Positions 45,006 through 55,932 of a stretch of 56,902 nucleotides of DNA are shown piece after piece. Source of the DNA: a virus (Duplodnaviria; Caudoviricetes); IMG/VR virus record IMGVR_UViG_3300025099_000004, positions 1 to 56,902 of that record. The stretch is one strand, 5' to 3'. Both the position numbers and the translations under genes were made by a program. Every line of letters begins with the position of its first letter. The first letter of the stretch is position 1. The notes under the pieces were generated by a model, which was not told the DNA's origin, did not search any database, and saw nothing but the letters and a program-made list of their open reading frames with translations.

Positions 45006-46721
45006 ATGGCAGACGAATCAGGTCTTAATCCATTTATCTTTCCATGTAAAGGTGGTTTGGTACTCAACAGTTCTACTTTTACTATGGACCCCGGACAAGC
45101 ATTTGAGTTGCAAAACTTTGAGCCTGACATTAAAGGTGGATACCGTAGGATAAATGGATATACTAAATGGAACGCTAACTTAGTTCCTCATACCTCTGCT
45201 ACTTCTGAAAAGGTACTTATGTCTGCGTACCACAAAGGAGAAGTAATAGCAGCTAGAGGTACTAAAGTATTTAGATCTACAGGTGCAAGTAATGCACTAA
45301 ATGGTGCAATTAATAATTCAGCTACTACACTTACACTGGATAGCACTGCAGACTTTAGTACAACGGGTACTATACTTGTAGGTACAGAACAGATTACTTA
45401 CACAGGTAAAAGTACTACACAGCTTACTGGTTGTACAAGAGGAGCAAATAGTACGAGTGCTGCAGCACATGCAGATGATGCAACACTTACACAGTACTGG
45501 ACACAGATAGATACGGGTCGTACAAGTGCAGGTAAGTATACTTTTTACAGACAGAACTTATCTGGCACTGACATAATAGTATTTGCAGATGGGGCTAACA
45601 ATGCAGCATACTTTGCCTCTGGTAACTCTGTAACTGACATAAATGGAACTGGCGCACCTGCTAACCCTAAGTTTGTAACAGGACACAAGAACACTTTATT
45701 CTTTGCTGGTATGTCTAGTAATCCACAGGAGATAGTTTTTACTGCACCATACTCAGCTACAGACTTTACGGCAGCTAACGGTGCAGGATCAATTGTAGTA
45801 GAAAGTCCTATCACAGGATTGTTTCCATTTCGTGATGATCTGATTATATTCTGTGAAGAACGTATATTTAAATTGTCAGGTAATAGCGTAGCTGACTTTC
45901 AGTTAGTTCCTATATCTCGTAACATAGGATGTATGAATGGGTTTACAATACAAGAATTTGCAGGTGACATTGTATTCTTAGGTAGAGATGGGCTTAGAAC
46001 TGTAGCTGGAACTGAACGTATCGGTGACGTAGAACTTGGAAGTATTAGTACACCAGTACATCAGTTGTTTAATGTATACAGTACGATAGATGAATTTGAT
46101 TCTTTAATTGTACCTGACAAGACACAGTATAGAATATTCTTTGTGAACTCTTCTACTACTGCAAAAAAAACAACAAAGGGTGTTATTGCTCATAGATCAA
46201 GAGATGGGTATGAGTTTTCTGAAACGTTTGGATTACAACCTTCTTGTACTGACTCTATAAATGAAGATGGTAAAGTATATGTATTACATGGTGGATATGA
46301 TGGATATGTGTACAGACAAGAACAAGGCAATACTTTTGATGGAGACAATATAATCGGTAGATACAGATCACCTGATTTAACTATGGGTGATGCAGGTATT
46401 CGTAAAAACTTCCAAAGGGTTATTATTAACTATGCTCCTGAAGGTGTAGTAAACTCTGACTTGTTCTTACGATATGACTATGAAGACCCTGATGCTCCAA
46501 GACCTGCAGCTTATCCATTTGATAGTAGCTCTATCGTTGCTATATATGGAGCAGGAGCATATGGTACTGTTACTTACGGTGGGCAGTCTCAGCCTTTGGT
46601 AAGACAGGCAGTAGAAGGTAGTGGCTTTGCAATAGCACTAAGGGTTGTTGACAATGGTACATCAGAGCCTTACTCACTTAAAGGCTTTCAGTTAGAATTT
46701 GATGCAGCCGCAAGGCGTTAA
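45006..46721 (+). CDS. Tail tubular protein B / nozzle (beta-propeller)
   Basis: GGL...GGYRRI.G, IGC....IQE...D.VFL..DG. Confidence 0.75.
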   Translation: MADESGLNPFIFPCKGGLVLNSSTFTMDPGQAFELQNFEPDIKGGYRRINGYTKWNANLVPHTSATSEKVLMSAYHKGEVIAARGTKVFRSTGASNALNGAINNSATTLTLDSTADFSTTGTILVGTEQITYTGKSTTQLTGCTRGANSTSAAAHADDATLTQYWTQIDTGRTSAGKYTFYRQNLSGTDIIVFADGANNAAYFASGNSVTDINGTGAPANPKFVTGHKNTLFFAGMSSNPQEIVFTAPYSATDFTAANGAGSIVVESPITGLFPFRDDLIIFCEERIFKLSGNSVADFQLVPISRNIGCMNGFTIQEFAGDIVFLGRDGLRTVAGTERIGDVELGSISTPVHQLFNVYSTIDEFDSLIVPDKTQYRIFFVNSSTTAKKTTKGVIAHRSRDGYEFSETFGLQPSCTDSINEDGKVYVLHGGYDGYVYRQEQGNTFDGDNIIGRYRSPDLTMGDAGIRKNFQRVIINYAPEGVVNSDLFLRYDYEDPDAPRPAAYPFDSSSIVAIYGAGAYGTVTYGGQSQPLVRQAVEGSGFAIALRVVDNGTSEPYSLKGFQLEFDAAARR

Positions 46722-46732
46722 AGGAGAAATAA

Positions 46733-48661
46733 ATGGCTGGTTATACACGGCAGTCCACATATACAGACGGTGACATTATTGATGCAGCAGACTCTAATGA
46801 CGAGTTTGACCAACTTCTAGCTGCCTTTAATGCTTCTTCTGGACACACACACGATGGTACTGCTGCAGAGGGTGCAGCAATTACTAAGCTACTAAGTAAC
46901 ACACTTACCTTTGGTGCAGCTACTTCAGGTACAGATATTACAATTACCTTTGACGGTGAGACTAATGACGGTGTACTAAAGTGGATGGAAGACGAAGACT
47001 ACTTTGAGTTTTCTGATGACATACTTGTAGCCTCTACTGAAAAGATACAGTTTCGTGATACAGCTATTTATATTAACTCATCTGCTGATGGTCAACTTGA
47101 TCTCGTAGCTGATACAGAAATACAAATCGCAGCTACTACTATTGACATGAATGGTGCTGCAGACATCTCAGGTAACTTAGCTGTAGGTGGTAATCTTACA
47201 GTTGCAGGTAATGCTACAGTAACAGGTACTACAACGTTTAACGGTGGTACACTCACATTAGGTGACTCAGCCAGTGACAACGTAGTATTTGGTGCAGATG
47301 TTGACTCACACATTATACCTGACGATGATGACACATACGACTTAGGTAGCTCAAGTCAACAGTGGCGTAATTTATTTATTGATGGTACAGCAAATATTGA
47401 TACAGCCTCTATAGATAATATATCTGATGATACACTTGTGGCTACAGATAAAAAGATACAGTTTCGTGACACTGGCCTGTATATTAACTCTAGTACAGAT
47501 GGACAGTTAGATATTGTAGCTGACACTGAAGTACAGATAGCTGCAACTACAGTGGACATTAATGGTGCAGTAGATGTATCAGGTAATCTATCTGTAGGTG
47601 GTAACTTAGACGTTACAGGTACATTTGATCTAAGTGACTCTAACTTTACTAATGCAGGTGACATACAGCTAGATAGTATTACAGGTGACTCAGATACAAA
47701 CACTAGCATTACCTTTAGTGGCTCAGATGTAATTACGGTTACTACTGGTGGTGAGACACAAGTTACATTTAACAATGGTTCTATTCTACCTACAACTGAC
47801 AATGACGTAGACTTAGGATCTAGCTCACTAGAGTTTAAAGACTTGTACATTGATGGTACTGCCTATGTAGATGCCATAAACTTTAATGGTACTGCAATAT
47901 CTGCTACTGCAGCAGAACTTAATATTATGGATGGTGTAACAAGTACTGCAGCAGAGCTTAACATTCTTGATGGCGTTACGTCAACTGCAGCAGAACTAAA
48001 CATACTTGACGGTGTAACATCTACTGCCGCTGAGTTAAACATCCTTGATGGTGTTACAGCTACAACTGCAGAGATAAACCTTATTGATGGTGATACTTCA
48101 AGAGGTACTACGGCAGTAGCAAGTGGTGACGGTATTCTCATCAATGATGCTGGAACTATGCGTATGACTAATGTAGATACAGTGTCTACATACTTTGCAA
48201 GTCACAACGTAGGTGGAGGTAACATTGTTACTACTGGTGCATTAAACTCAGGTAGTATTACTTCTGGCTTTGGTGCTATAGATAATGGTTCGTCTAACAT
48301 TACTACGACAGGTGTAGGTTCCTTTGGCTCACTAGATATTAGTGGTGCTATAGATGTAGATGGCACTAGCAACTTAGATGCAGTAGATATAGACGGTGCT
48401 GTAGACATGGCAAGTACTCTGCAAGTTACAGGAGTAGCTACACTTACAGCTACTGCAATAGCTAACGCAGGTGTATCTGTAAAGAACGGAGCTACATCTG
48501 CTGGCTTTGTAGAGTTCTTTGAGGACTCAGATAACGGCTCAAATAAAGTAACACTAATAGGACCAGCATCTACTGCAGATGTGACCTTGACTTTACCTGC
48601 TGCTGCTGGTACAGTTGCAACAACAGATGATGCCACAGCCCTAGCCATTGCGCTTGGTTGA
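46733..48661 (+). CDS. Tail fibre protein 1 (internal duplication and 13-aa repeats)
   Basis: MAGYTRQ...GHTHDG anchor; duplicated KIQFRDT module. Confidence 0.8.
   Translation: MAGYTRQSTYTDGDIIDAADSNDEFDQLLAAFNASSGHTHDGTAAEGAAITKLLSNTLTFGAATSGTDITITFDGETNDGVLKWMEDEDYFEFSDDILVASTEKIQFRDTAIYINSSADGQLDLVADTEIQIAATTIDMNGAADISGNLAVGGNLTVAGNATVTGTTTFNGGTLTLGDSASDNVVFGADVDSHIIPDDDDTYDLGSSSQQWRNLFIDGTANIDTASIDNISDDTLVATDKKIQFRDTGLYINSSTDGQLDIVADTEVQIAATTVDINGAVDVSGNLSVGGNLDVTGTFDLSDSNFTNAGDIQLDSITGDSDTNTSITFSGSDVITVTTGGETQVTFNNGSILPTTDNDVDLGSSSLEFKDLYIDGTAYVDAINFNGTAISATAAELNIMDGVTSTAAELNILDGVTSTAAELNILDGVTSTAAELNILDGVTATTAEINLIDGDTSRGTTAVASGDGILINDAGTMRMTNVDTVSTYFASHNVGGGNIVTTGALNSGSITSGFGAIDNGSSNITTTGVGSFGSLDISGAIDVDGTSNLDAVDIDGAVDMASTLQVTGVATLTATAIANAGVSVKNGATSAGFVEFFEDSDNGSNKVTLIGPASTADVTLTLPAAAGTVATTDDATALAIALG
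47906..48100 (+). repeat. Five tandem 39-bp units encoding TAAELNILDGVTS
   Basis: Read directly; codons have diverged synonymously. Confidence 0.9.
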
Positions 48662-48675
48662 TATAGGAGAAAACA

Positions 48676-49029
48676 ATGGCTAATACTTTTAAAACAATTA
48701 CACGGGATGTAGCACCAGCAAGTTCTGGTACACCTGAAACAATATACACAGTACAGTCTGGTAGTACTGTTATCATACTTGGACTATTCTTATGTAACGT
48801 ACACAGTTCACAGGTTACTGCTTCAGTAGACTTTGTGAGTACAACAACTCAAACAAGTCAGACACAAAACACTACGGCACAACTTGTTAAAGATGTAGCT
48901 ATACCTGTAGGATCATCTTTGTCTGTACTTGACGGTAAGATTGTAGCTAACGTAGGTGACATAATTAAAGTAGACTGTTCTGTAGCTGACAAAGTTTCAG
49001 TAATAATGAGTTACATGGAGATAACCTAA
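48676..49029 (+). CDS. Beta-rich tail-associated protein, paralog of 30507-30875
   Basis: MANTFK...IYTV...GL.LCN...LVKDV.IP.GSSL. Confidence 0.7.
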   Translation: MANTFKTITRDVAPASSGTPETIYTVQSGSTVIILGLFLCNVHSSQVTASVDFVSTTTQTSQTQNTTAQLVKDVAIPVGSSLSVLDGKIVANVGDIIKVDCSVADKVSVIMSYMEIT

Positions 49030-50531
49030 TGGCAGGATATATTGGCTCTAGGGCTGTAAGTGTAAACACTACATCAGCTACCATCACTGATGACCTAACG
49101 ATAGGTGACGATCTTACTGTTACTGATGACATGACCGTTGGTGGTACTCTTGGAGTTACAGGTGTCTTAACTGCGACTTCATTAGACATCTCTGGTGACA
49201 TAGACGTAGACGGTACAACTAACCTAGACGTAGTTGATATTGATGGTGCTGTTGACATGGCATCTACTCTAGATGTAAGCGGAAATTTGGGGATTGGAAC
49301 TACCGCAACTACCGCAGCTAGTAGTACTAAAAATATATTCTTAGGTGGGACAGGTAACATTTATGCTGATGCAGCAGCAAGTGCAGATGCTTCATTATCC
49401 ATTAGTCAAAACGCAAAAGTAGATGCGGATAACTCATGGGAATATATTGTTACTGACGAAGCTAGTAACTATTATCAGAACGCTGGTTATCACGTATGGC
49501 GTTACGCTGCAAGCGGCAGTGCAGGGGCAGATATTTCTTGGTCAGAGGCCATGCGCATCGACAGCGGTCGGTTACTAATAGGCACAACTTCTACATATTT
49601 TGCAGATGCAGATGACCTTGTTGTAGCAGGTAGTGGGAACCAAGGAATAACGATAGCCTCTGGTACTTCTAATGCTGGAAACATTTTCTTTGCTGATGGC
49701 ACTTCTGGTGATGATCGATTTAGGGGAATTGTCAGATACGACCACTCTGGGAATAATATGTTATTTTATACTAATGGTGCAAATGAACGTATGCGCATCG
49801 ACAGCAGCGGCAACGTGCTGGTGGGTAAATCAAGTGTGTCATTTGGCACAGCGGGTGCGGAGCTAAACCCTAGCGGCTCTCATAACATGACAAGAAGTGG
49901 TGGCGCATCACTTTCTTTGAATCGCCTTTCGAGTGATGGGAATATTTTAGATTTCTACAAAGACGGCACGGGTGTAGGGAGTATTAATTCACGAGCAGGG
50001 GTTGTAACAACTATAATTTTAGACCCTCGCTCTGGTGGCGGTGGCCTCTCTGGAGGAGGACAAACTATTTTTCCGACAGATAATGGTGGCACTTTAGCAG
50101 ATGACCGTATTAGTTTTGGTAGTAGCAGTTTAAGGTTTGACGACATCTTTGCCACCAACGGCACAATTCAAACCTCTGACCAAAACGAAAAACAAGACAT
50201 AGCTGCACTTACTTCAGCCGAAATGTTGGTAGCAAAACGTATATCTGCGTTGTTCAAGACATTCCGCTGGAAATCCAAGGTTGCAGCTAAGGGTGACGAT
50301 GCAAGAACTCACTCAGGTATTGTAGCTCAAGATGTGCAAGCAGCTTTTGCAGCCGAAAGTCTGGACGCTGGTGATTATGGAATGTTTATAAGCACAACTT
50401 GGACAAATGATGATGGTGATGAACAAACTAGAATGGGTATTCGTTACCCTGAGTTGTTGTCATTCTTAGCGGCATACAATGAACAACGCTTTGCAGCTAT
50501 TGAGACACGCTTAACGGCATTAGAAGGATAA
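49029..50531 (+). CDS. Tail fibre 2 with C-terminal peptidase S74 intramolecular chaperone
   Basis: MAGYIG start; ERMRIDSSG repeats; TSDQNEKQDI...HSGIVAQDV...RY.EL. Confidence 0.85.
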   Translation: MAGYIGSRAVSVNTTSATITDDLTIGDDLTVTDDMTVGGTLGVTGVLTATSLDISGDIDVDGTTNLDVVDIDGAVDMASTLDVSGNLGIGTTATTAASSTKNIFLGGTGNIYADAAASADASLSISQNAKVDADNSWEYIVTDEASNYYQNAGYHVWRYAASGSAGADISWSEAMRIDSGRLLIGTTSTYFADADDLVVAGSGNQGITIASGTSNAGNIFFADGTSGDDRFRGIVRYDHSGNNMLFYTNGANERMRIDSSGNVLVGKSSVSFGTAGAELNPSGSHNMTRSGGASLSLNRLSSDGNILDFYKDGTGVGSINSRAGVVTTIILDPRSGGGGLSGGGQTIFPTDNGGTLADDRISFGSSSLRFDDIFATNGTIQTSDQNEKQDIAALTSAEMLVAKRISALFKTFRWKSKVAAKGDDARTHSGIVAQDVQAAFAAESLDAGDYGMFISTTWTNDDGDEQTRMGIRYPELLSFLAAYNEQRFAAIETRLTALEG

Positions 50532-50535
50532 ACAA

Positions 50536-50838
50536 ATGGCAATAACATATACTTGGACTATTCCAACTGTTAAAAGAACAATCGCAACTGGTGGTATCAA
50601 CACGATACATTGGCGTTGCAATGCAGTAGACGGTGATCACTCAGTCGGCAACTACGGCTCATTTGGCTGTGCGCCTGACCCATCGGCATCTGACTTTATT
50701 GCTTATGCCGATGTAACAGAAGCTAACTGCATAGCGTGGGCGCAAGCTCATGTTGGCAAAGACGACACTGAGGCGGAACTTGCTGCCCAGATAGCGGTGC
50801 TGAAAGCACCAACCCAAGCTGCAGGAACACCTTGGTAA
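50536..50838 (+). CDS. Tail-fibre-associated small protein, paralog 1
   Basis: MAITxTW...DFIAY.D.TE...PW. Confidence 0.75.
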   Translation: MAITYTWTIPTVKRTIATGGINTIHWRCNAVDGDHSVGNYGSFGCAPDPSASDFIAYADVTEANCIAWAQAHVGKDDTEAELAAQIAVLKAPTQAAGTPW

Positions 50839-50857
50839 AAAATAAGGATAAACAAAC

Positions 50858-53110
50858 ATGACCAGAGCAAGAGATTTAGCCGATAGTGCAGACAAGGACA
50901 TTGCTGGCACACTCACTTTAGATGCCGTTAATGCAAGCGGTGTAATCACAGGTTTGACTGTAGAAGCTACAGGCGATACTGCTGCTGGTGATAATGCAGC
51001 TATGGGATATACTGCTGCTGAAGGTTTGATCCTAACAGGTCAAGGTAGTACAGGTGACGTAACGATTAAGAATGATGCCGATGCAGTGGTTCTGCAAGTG
51101 CCTACTGGTACGACAAATGTTAATGTTATTGGCTCTCTAGATGTCGCTACCAACGCTGTAATTGATGGCACTGCCCTCGTAACAGGTGTCCTGACCACCA
51201 CGGCTGCGACTGTGTTTAATGGTGGATTTGTTAGTAATGCTAACTCTACAGTAAATCCTACTGGAGGTGTAATTACTCTAGGAGCAAATGGACATATTAT
51301 TTCTAAGCAATCTCTTGATGTTGCTACTGCTGGTGGTCGTTTTATTGGTCAAAGTAACCGTGGAGAACTAGGTAATATTGGTATTGAACAAACTGCCAAC
51401 AGTACAGACGGTGGTTACATAAGGTTTTCTACTGCACCTTCTGGATCAACAACTTCAGCAGAGGCCATGCGCATCCAAAGCAACGGCAGTGTCGGCATTG
51501 GCGTAACTAATCCTTCCTCTTTTAATTCTGGGGCGTATAATTTAGTAGTAGGCGATCCAAGTATTAACAGTCAGGGCATGACTATAGCCGCTGATACAAG
51601 TTCAATTTTATATTTCGCTGATGGAACAAGTGGTGCTGAAACATTTGCGGGGAGTATTATTTACAATCACTCCGATAACAATATGACGTTTAGAACGAAT
51701 GGATTTAATTCAGCTTTAGTAATAGCTTCAGATCAGTCAGTATCCACACCCACAGCAGGTACATCTAACGTAAAGCTTGGTGTCAACGCAGGTAACTCAA
51801 TAGCTTCTGGCGGTAACTACAACGTCTGTATAGGAGATGAAGCAGGAACGGCTATAAGCACAGGTGATAAAAACATTGCTGTTGGTTTTACTGCTTTGAA
51901 CGGTGAGGTACTTGGTTCTCAGGCAACGGCTGTAGGATACCAAGCTCTATTTTCACAAAACATGGGATCGTCTGTAAACAGTGACAATACTGCTGTTGGT
52001 TATAATGCAGGTAGTTCAATTAGCACAGGTAAAAGAAATACCATTTTGGGTGCGTCAGCAGGATTACAAGGACAGACCATAGATGACAGCGTAATTATTG
52101 GTTACAATGCTGGTGGCGGTGCTGTTATGACAGGCCATGATAATGTCTTAATTGGTAAAGATTCTGGTCAATCTATGACCTCTGGGCAAGCCAATGTAAT
52201 GGTAGGACGTGATACTGGACAAGCTACAAACACAGGTCAATGGAATATTGCTATCGGGGATCAAGCCTTACAAGCAAACCAAGATGGTGACGGTGCAGTA
52301 GCTATTGGACGTGATGCCTTGGCAGTCTTTGAACCTGCTGACGGTCTAAGTTACAACGTGGTGATTGGTTATCAGGCAGGTGCTGTGGTGACTACTGGTC
52401 TAAACAATACTCTTGTTGGAGGTGTTGCAGGAGATGCTCTTCAAGGTGGACATAATAATACAGCGGTGGGTATGGGCGCAGCAGGGGCACTTATTTCTGG
52501 CGGTCTCAACACGGCAATAGGAGAATCAGCAGCTAAAACCTTAACAACTGGGGGTTCCAATGTTTGTATTGGAGAAGATGCAGATGTTAGTGCTAGTGGT
52601 AATAGTAATTCAATATGTCTTGGCGTAGGAATAGCTGCTGCTGCGAATGACTTTTCGTTTGGTAAATCAGGAAATGTTGTAACAAATGATTTTGATACAG
52701 ATGCTAACTGGTCACGATCCTCTGATGAGCGTTTAAAGAAAAACATTACAAATCAGACATTAGGTTTAGATTTTATAAATGATTTAAGAACTGTTAAATA
52801 TAAATGGAAAGCCAATGGTGAGCTTGATGCTTCAGACAGTCAATTAGCACATTTGCGTAAGACTGATGATGACGGTAACATTATTAACTATATGAACACA
52901 GATGCAACAATGCACAACTTTATCGCACAAGAAGTTAAAGCTGCATTAGACACGGCAGGTGTATCTGACTTTGCTGGTTGGAAAGAAGATCATTATGGGG
53001 TGCAACAAGTATCTCGTGAGATGTTTGTCATACCACTTGTAAAGGCAGTACAAGAACTGTCAACCAAACTAGATGCAGCACTCGCTCGTATAGCAACACT
53101 GGAAGGATAA
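50858..53110 (+). CDS. Tail fibre 3 with NxAxG repeats and S74 chaperone
   Basis: MTRARDLAD start; repeated N(T/V)A(V/I)G; SSDERLKKNI...FIAQEV...LVKAVQEL. Confidence 0.85.
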   Translation: MTRARDLADSADKDIAGTLTLDAVNASGVITGLTVEATGDTAAGDNAAMGYTAAEGLILTGQGSTGDVTIKNDADAVVLQVPTGTTNVNVIGSLDVATNAVIDGTALVTGVLTTTAATVFNGGFVSNANSTVNPTGGVITLGANGHIISKQSLDVATAGGRFIGQSNRGELGNIGIEQTANSTDGGYIRFSTAPSGSTTSAEAMRIQSNGSVGIGVTNPSSFNSGAYNLVVGDPSINSQGMTIAADTSSILYFADGTSGAETFAGSIIYNHSDNNMTFRTNGFNSALVIASDQSVSTPTAGTSNVKLGVNAGNSIASGGNYNVCIGDEAGTAISTGDKNIAVGFTALNGEVLGSQATAVGYQALFSQNMGSSVNSDNTAVGYNAGSSISTGKRNTILGASAGLQGQTIDDSVIIGYNAGGGAVMTGHDNVLIGKDSGQSMTSGQANVMVGRDTGQATNTGQWNIAIGDQALQANQDGDGAVAIGRDALAVFEPADGLSYNVVIGYQAGAVVTTGLNNTLVGGVAGDALQGGHNNTAVGMGAAGALISGGLNTAIGESAAKTLTTGGSNVCIGEDADVSASGNSNSICLGVGIAAAANDFSFGKSGNVVTNDFDTDANWSRSSDERLKKNITNQTLGLDFINDLRTVKYKWKANGELDASDSQLAHLRKTDDDGNIINYMNTDATMHNFIAQEVKAALDTAGVSDFAGWKEDHYGVQQVSREMFVIPLVKAVQELSTKLDAALARIATLEG

Positions 53111-53113
53111 GAC

Positions 53114-53530
53114 ATGGCAATTACATTCACATGGTCTGTTAGTGATATGCACAAAGTCACTGAAACAGGTGCAGTATATAAAGTTGATTGGTCTTGCAGT
53201 GGCGTAGATGCTGATACTAAAATAAGTCACAGTCGGTCAGGGTCATACTTGCATACAGAATCTGTTAATGTACCAGAAGTTACAGAAACAGTTAAAGACG
53301 ATGATGGTAATGATGTTACAAGAGAGGTAACCTCTGCATATACAAAGATTGTACAGGCTACACCTGACCACACAGCATCAGACTTTAAGGCATACACAGA
53401 CTTAACTGAGGCAGACGTATTAGCTTGGTGTAAAGCTGACGGTGTAGGCGCATCTAATGAAGCTCTTATAACGTCTAACATTACTAATAAGATAGCTAAC
53501 AGTGCTAACTCCACAGGACTACCTTGGTAG
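53114..53530 (+). CDS. Tail-fibre-associated small protein, paralog 2 (with insertion)
   Basis: MAITFTW...DFKAY.DLTE.DVL.W...PW. Confidence 0.75.
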   Translation: MAITFTWSVSDMHKVTETGAVYKVDWSCSGVDADTKISHSRSGSYLHTESVNVPEVTETVKDDDGNDVTREVTSAYTKIVQATPDHTASDFKAYTDLTEADVLAWCKADGVGASNEALITSNITNKIANSANSTGLPW

Positions 53531-53550
53531 AAAGATAAGGATAAACAGAC

Positions 53551-55569
53551 ATGGCAGGATATTTAGGATCAGTACCAGTACCACAGGCTACCCAACACAG
53601 GGAAACCTTTACTGCTACTGCTGGTCAGACTACGTTTAACACGGCAGGTTATACACCTCTGTTTATAGATGTGTACCTCAATGGTGTCCATCTAAGTCCT
53701 GCCGATATTACAGCTACTAATGGGAGTGACGTTGTACTAGGTGCATGTGTAGTCAATGACATTGTAGACATTGTAAGCTATACACCATTTGAGGTAGCAA
53801 GTCAAACGTTTACTGGTACGACTACAATGACAGACGTTGTAGCAGCGTCCTTAGACATCTCTGGTAACATAGATATTGATGGAACAACTAACTTAGATGT
53901 TGTAGATATTGATGGTGCTGTTGATATGGCATCTACATTGGGAGTAGCTGGTGTAGTCACAGCTAATGCTGGTGTAGTTGTAGATAACTTCACGCTTGAT
54001 GGAACTACTCTGGCTTTAAGCTCTGGTAACTTCACGCTTGATGTAGCTGGAACAATATCTCTTGATGCTGATGGTGCTGACATTATGTTTAAAGATGGTG
54101 GTACAGAGTTTGGTAGAGTGTACAACTCATCAAATGATTTTGCCCTGTATTCAGCAATTTCAGACCAAGATATGAAATTTCAAGGCAACGATGGTGGTTC
54201 TCTTGTTACAGCATTAACCCTTGATATGTCTGACGCTGGTGCGGCTACGTTTAATTCTAATGTTGGGATTGGTGTAGCACCAGCAACAGCTTATGGAAGT
54301 GCTTTACAAATCCACGACAGTGGTACAAGCGGTGCTAACTTACGTTTGACAGATAGTAACACTGGATCTGGAACTGGCAACGGTATGGAGCTTCTTGCTA
54401 TTAACGCTGATAACTATTGGATAAATCGTGAAAATGGCCCAATCTTTAAAATTATAAATGGTCAATCAGTTCAAAAGATTACTACCACTGCCACTGAGAT
54501 TCAAAGCGGAAATTTGGGGATTGGAGTTACACCTGATACATTTAGTTCAGGTTATACAGCCTTGCAAATAAACGGATACGCTTACAACATTGCCCATAGT
54601 GGTGGTGATCACTACATAACAAACAATGCTTACTATAATAGTAGCTGGAAATATGGTCAAACATCAACTGCTCAAAAAATAGAAATGAGCAGTGGTCTAG
54701 CACGAATATTCACAGCGGCTTCGGGTTCAGCAGACGCAGATATTACTTGGGTTGAAGGGCTTAGAGTTGGTGTAAGTGAGTCTGTTTTTAACGAAGCCAG
54801 TGACAACATAGATTTCCGTATTGAGAGTGATGGCATTGCAAATATGCTTAATGTTGATGGTCAACATAATTCTGTTTGTATTGGTAATAATACTACATCT
54901 CATAGATTTATTGTACACTCAGAAGTCTCTGGTGATCATGTTGCAGCAATTAGAAATGATGGAAACAACACCAACAAACTTGGTCTAGTTATTCTTGCTG
55001 GTACAGATGATAACTCTGGCACTAATACTATGATTCAATTTAGAGATGGTGATAATACAGATGTTGGAGCGATAACAGCTTCTGGTGGTACAGTTACTTA
55101 TGCTGCATTTACGGCTGTACACCCTGCTATTTTACCAGATGAAGACAATGCTAACGGTTATGCTTATGGAACATTAGTAGAGACAACTAGCGTATCTTAT
55201 GAAAAAAATTCATCAGGAAATGATTTTGAACGTGGTATAATTTATAACGTAACTAAATCAACCAGTGCCAATTCAAGATCAGTTTTAGGAGCTTATTCTG
55301 GTAAACTTACTGATTGGATTCCATCAAGTAATAAACATAATATAAATGTATTAGGTGATGGACACATTCTTTGTAACAATTCTGGCGGTAACATAGCTGT
55401 AGGTGATGGCATATGTACTTCTGCTACAGCAGGGATTGGACAAAAGGCTACAGCGTCACCCTCTATGATTATTGGAATAGCTCAAGAAGCAGTAACATTT
55501 TCTAGCGGTACAGAAACTAAACTTGTGCCAGTTCAATATGGACTACAACAATTTACACCGTGGTCTTAA
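53551..55569 (+). CDS. Tail fibre 4
   Basis: MAGYLG; ATAGQTTF...VYLNGV; C-terminal GDGI.TS...G...IIG.A.E domain. Confidence 0.8.
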   Translation: MAGYLGSVPVPQATQHRETFTATAGQTTFNTAGYTPLFIDVYLNGVHLSPADITATNGSDVVLGACVVNDIVDIVSYTPFEVASQTFTGTTTMTDVVAASLDISGNIDIDGTTNLDVVDIDGAVDMASTLGVAGVVTANAGVVVDNFTLDGTTLALSSGNFTLDVAGTISLDADGADIMFKDGGTEFGRVYNSSNDFALYSAISDQDMKFQGNDGGSLVTALTLDMSDAGAATFNSNVGIGVAPATAYGSALQIHDSGTSGANLRLTDSNTGSGTGNGMELLAINADNYWINRENGPIFKIINGQSVQKITTTATEIQSGNLGIGVTPDTFSSGYTALQINGYAYNIAHSGGDHYITNNAYYNSSWKYGQTSTAQKIEMSSGLARIFTAASGSADADITWVEGLRVGVSESVFNEASDNIDFRIESDGIANMLNVDGQHNSVCIGNNTTSHRFIVHSEVSGDHVAAIRNDGNNTNKLGLVILAGTDDNSGTNTMIQFRDGDNTDVGAITASGGTVTYAAFTAVHPAILPDEDNANGYAYGTLVETTSVSYEKNSSGNDFERGIIYNVTKSTSANSRSVLGAYSGKLTDWIPSSNKHNINVLGDGHILCNNSGGNIAVGDGICTSATAGIGQKATASPSMIIGIAQEAVTFSSGTETKLVPVQYGLQQFTPWS

Positions 55570-55596
55570 CTTACTGTCATAAAGGAGAAACTAAAC

Positions 55597-55932
55597 ATGG
55601 CAATAACAACAACGTGGAGTGTCAAAGACATGACGCATAAAGACTCAGATGGAGGTGTGTCTCTTGTCTATTGGTCGCTAACCGCAACTGACGGTACATA
55701 CTCAGCACAAGAAGGTGGCAAGCTACGATGCACTGCTGATCCTTCTGCATCAGACTACATTGCATACGCAGACCTAAAAGAGAGCGATGTTCTTGGGTGG
55801 GTATATGACAGCCTTAAAACAGGTGATGAAACAGCCGCTGAAGCTAAGAAGCGTATTGAAGATGAACGTACAGCAAAGGTGCAGGGTCAAATAGATCGTG
55901 CCGCTGCCAACTCTAATGGAGTGCCTTGGTAA
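55597..55932 (+). CDS. Tail-fibre-associated small protein, paralog 3
   Basis: MAITTTW...DYIAY.DL.E.DVL.W...PW. Confidence 0.75.
   Translation: MAITTTWSVKDMTHKDSDGGVSLVYWSLTATDGTYSAQEGGKLRCTADPSASDYIAYADLKESDVLGWVYDSLKTGDETAAEAKKRIEDERTAKVQGQIDRAAANSNGVPW

Noticed and set aside
49029-55569. Diversity-generating retroelement or invertible tail-fibre switch
   Set aside because: No reverse transcriptase, no adenine-specific TR/VR pair, and no invertase or inverted cassettes seen.
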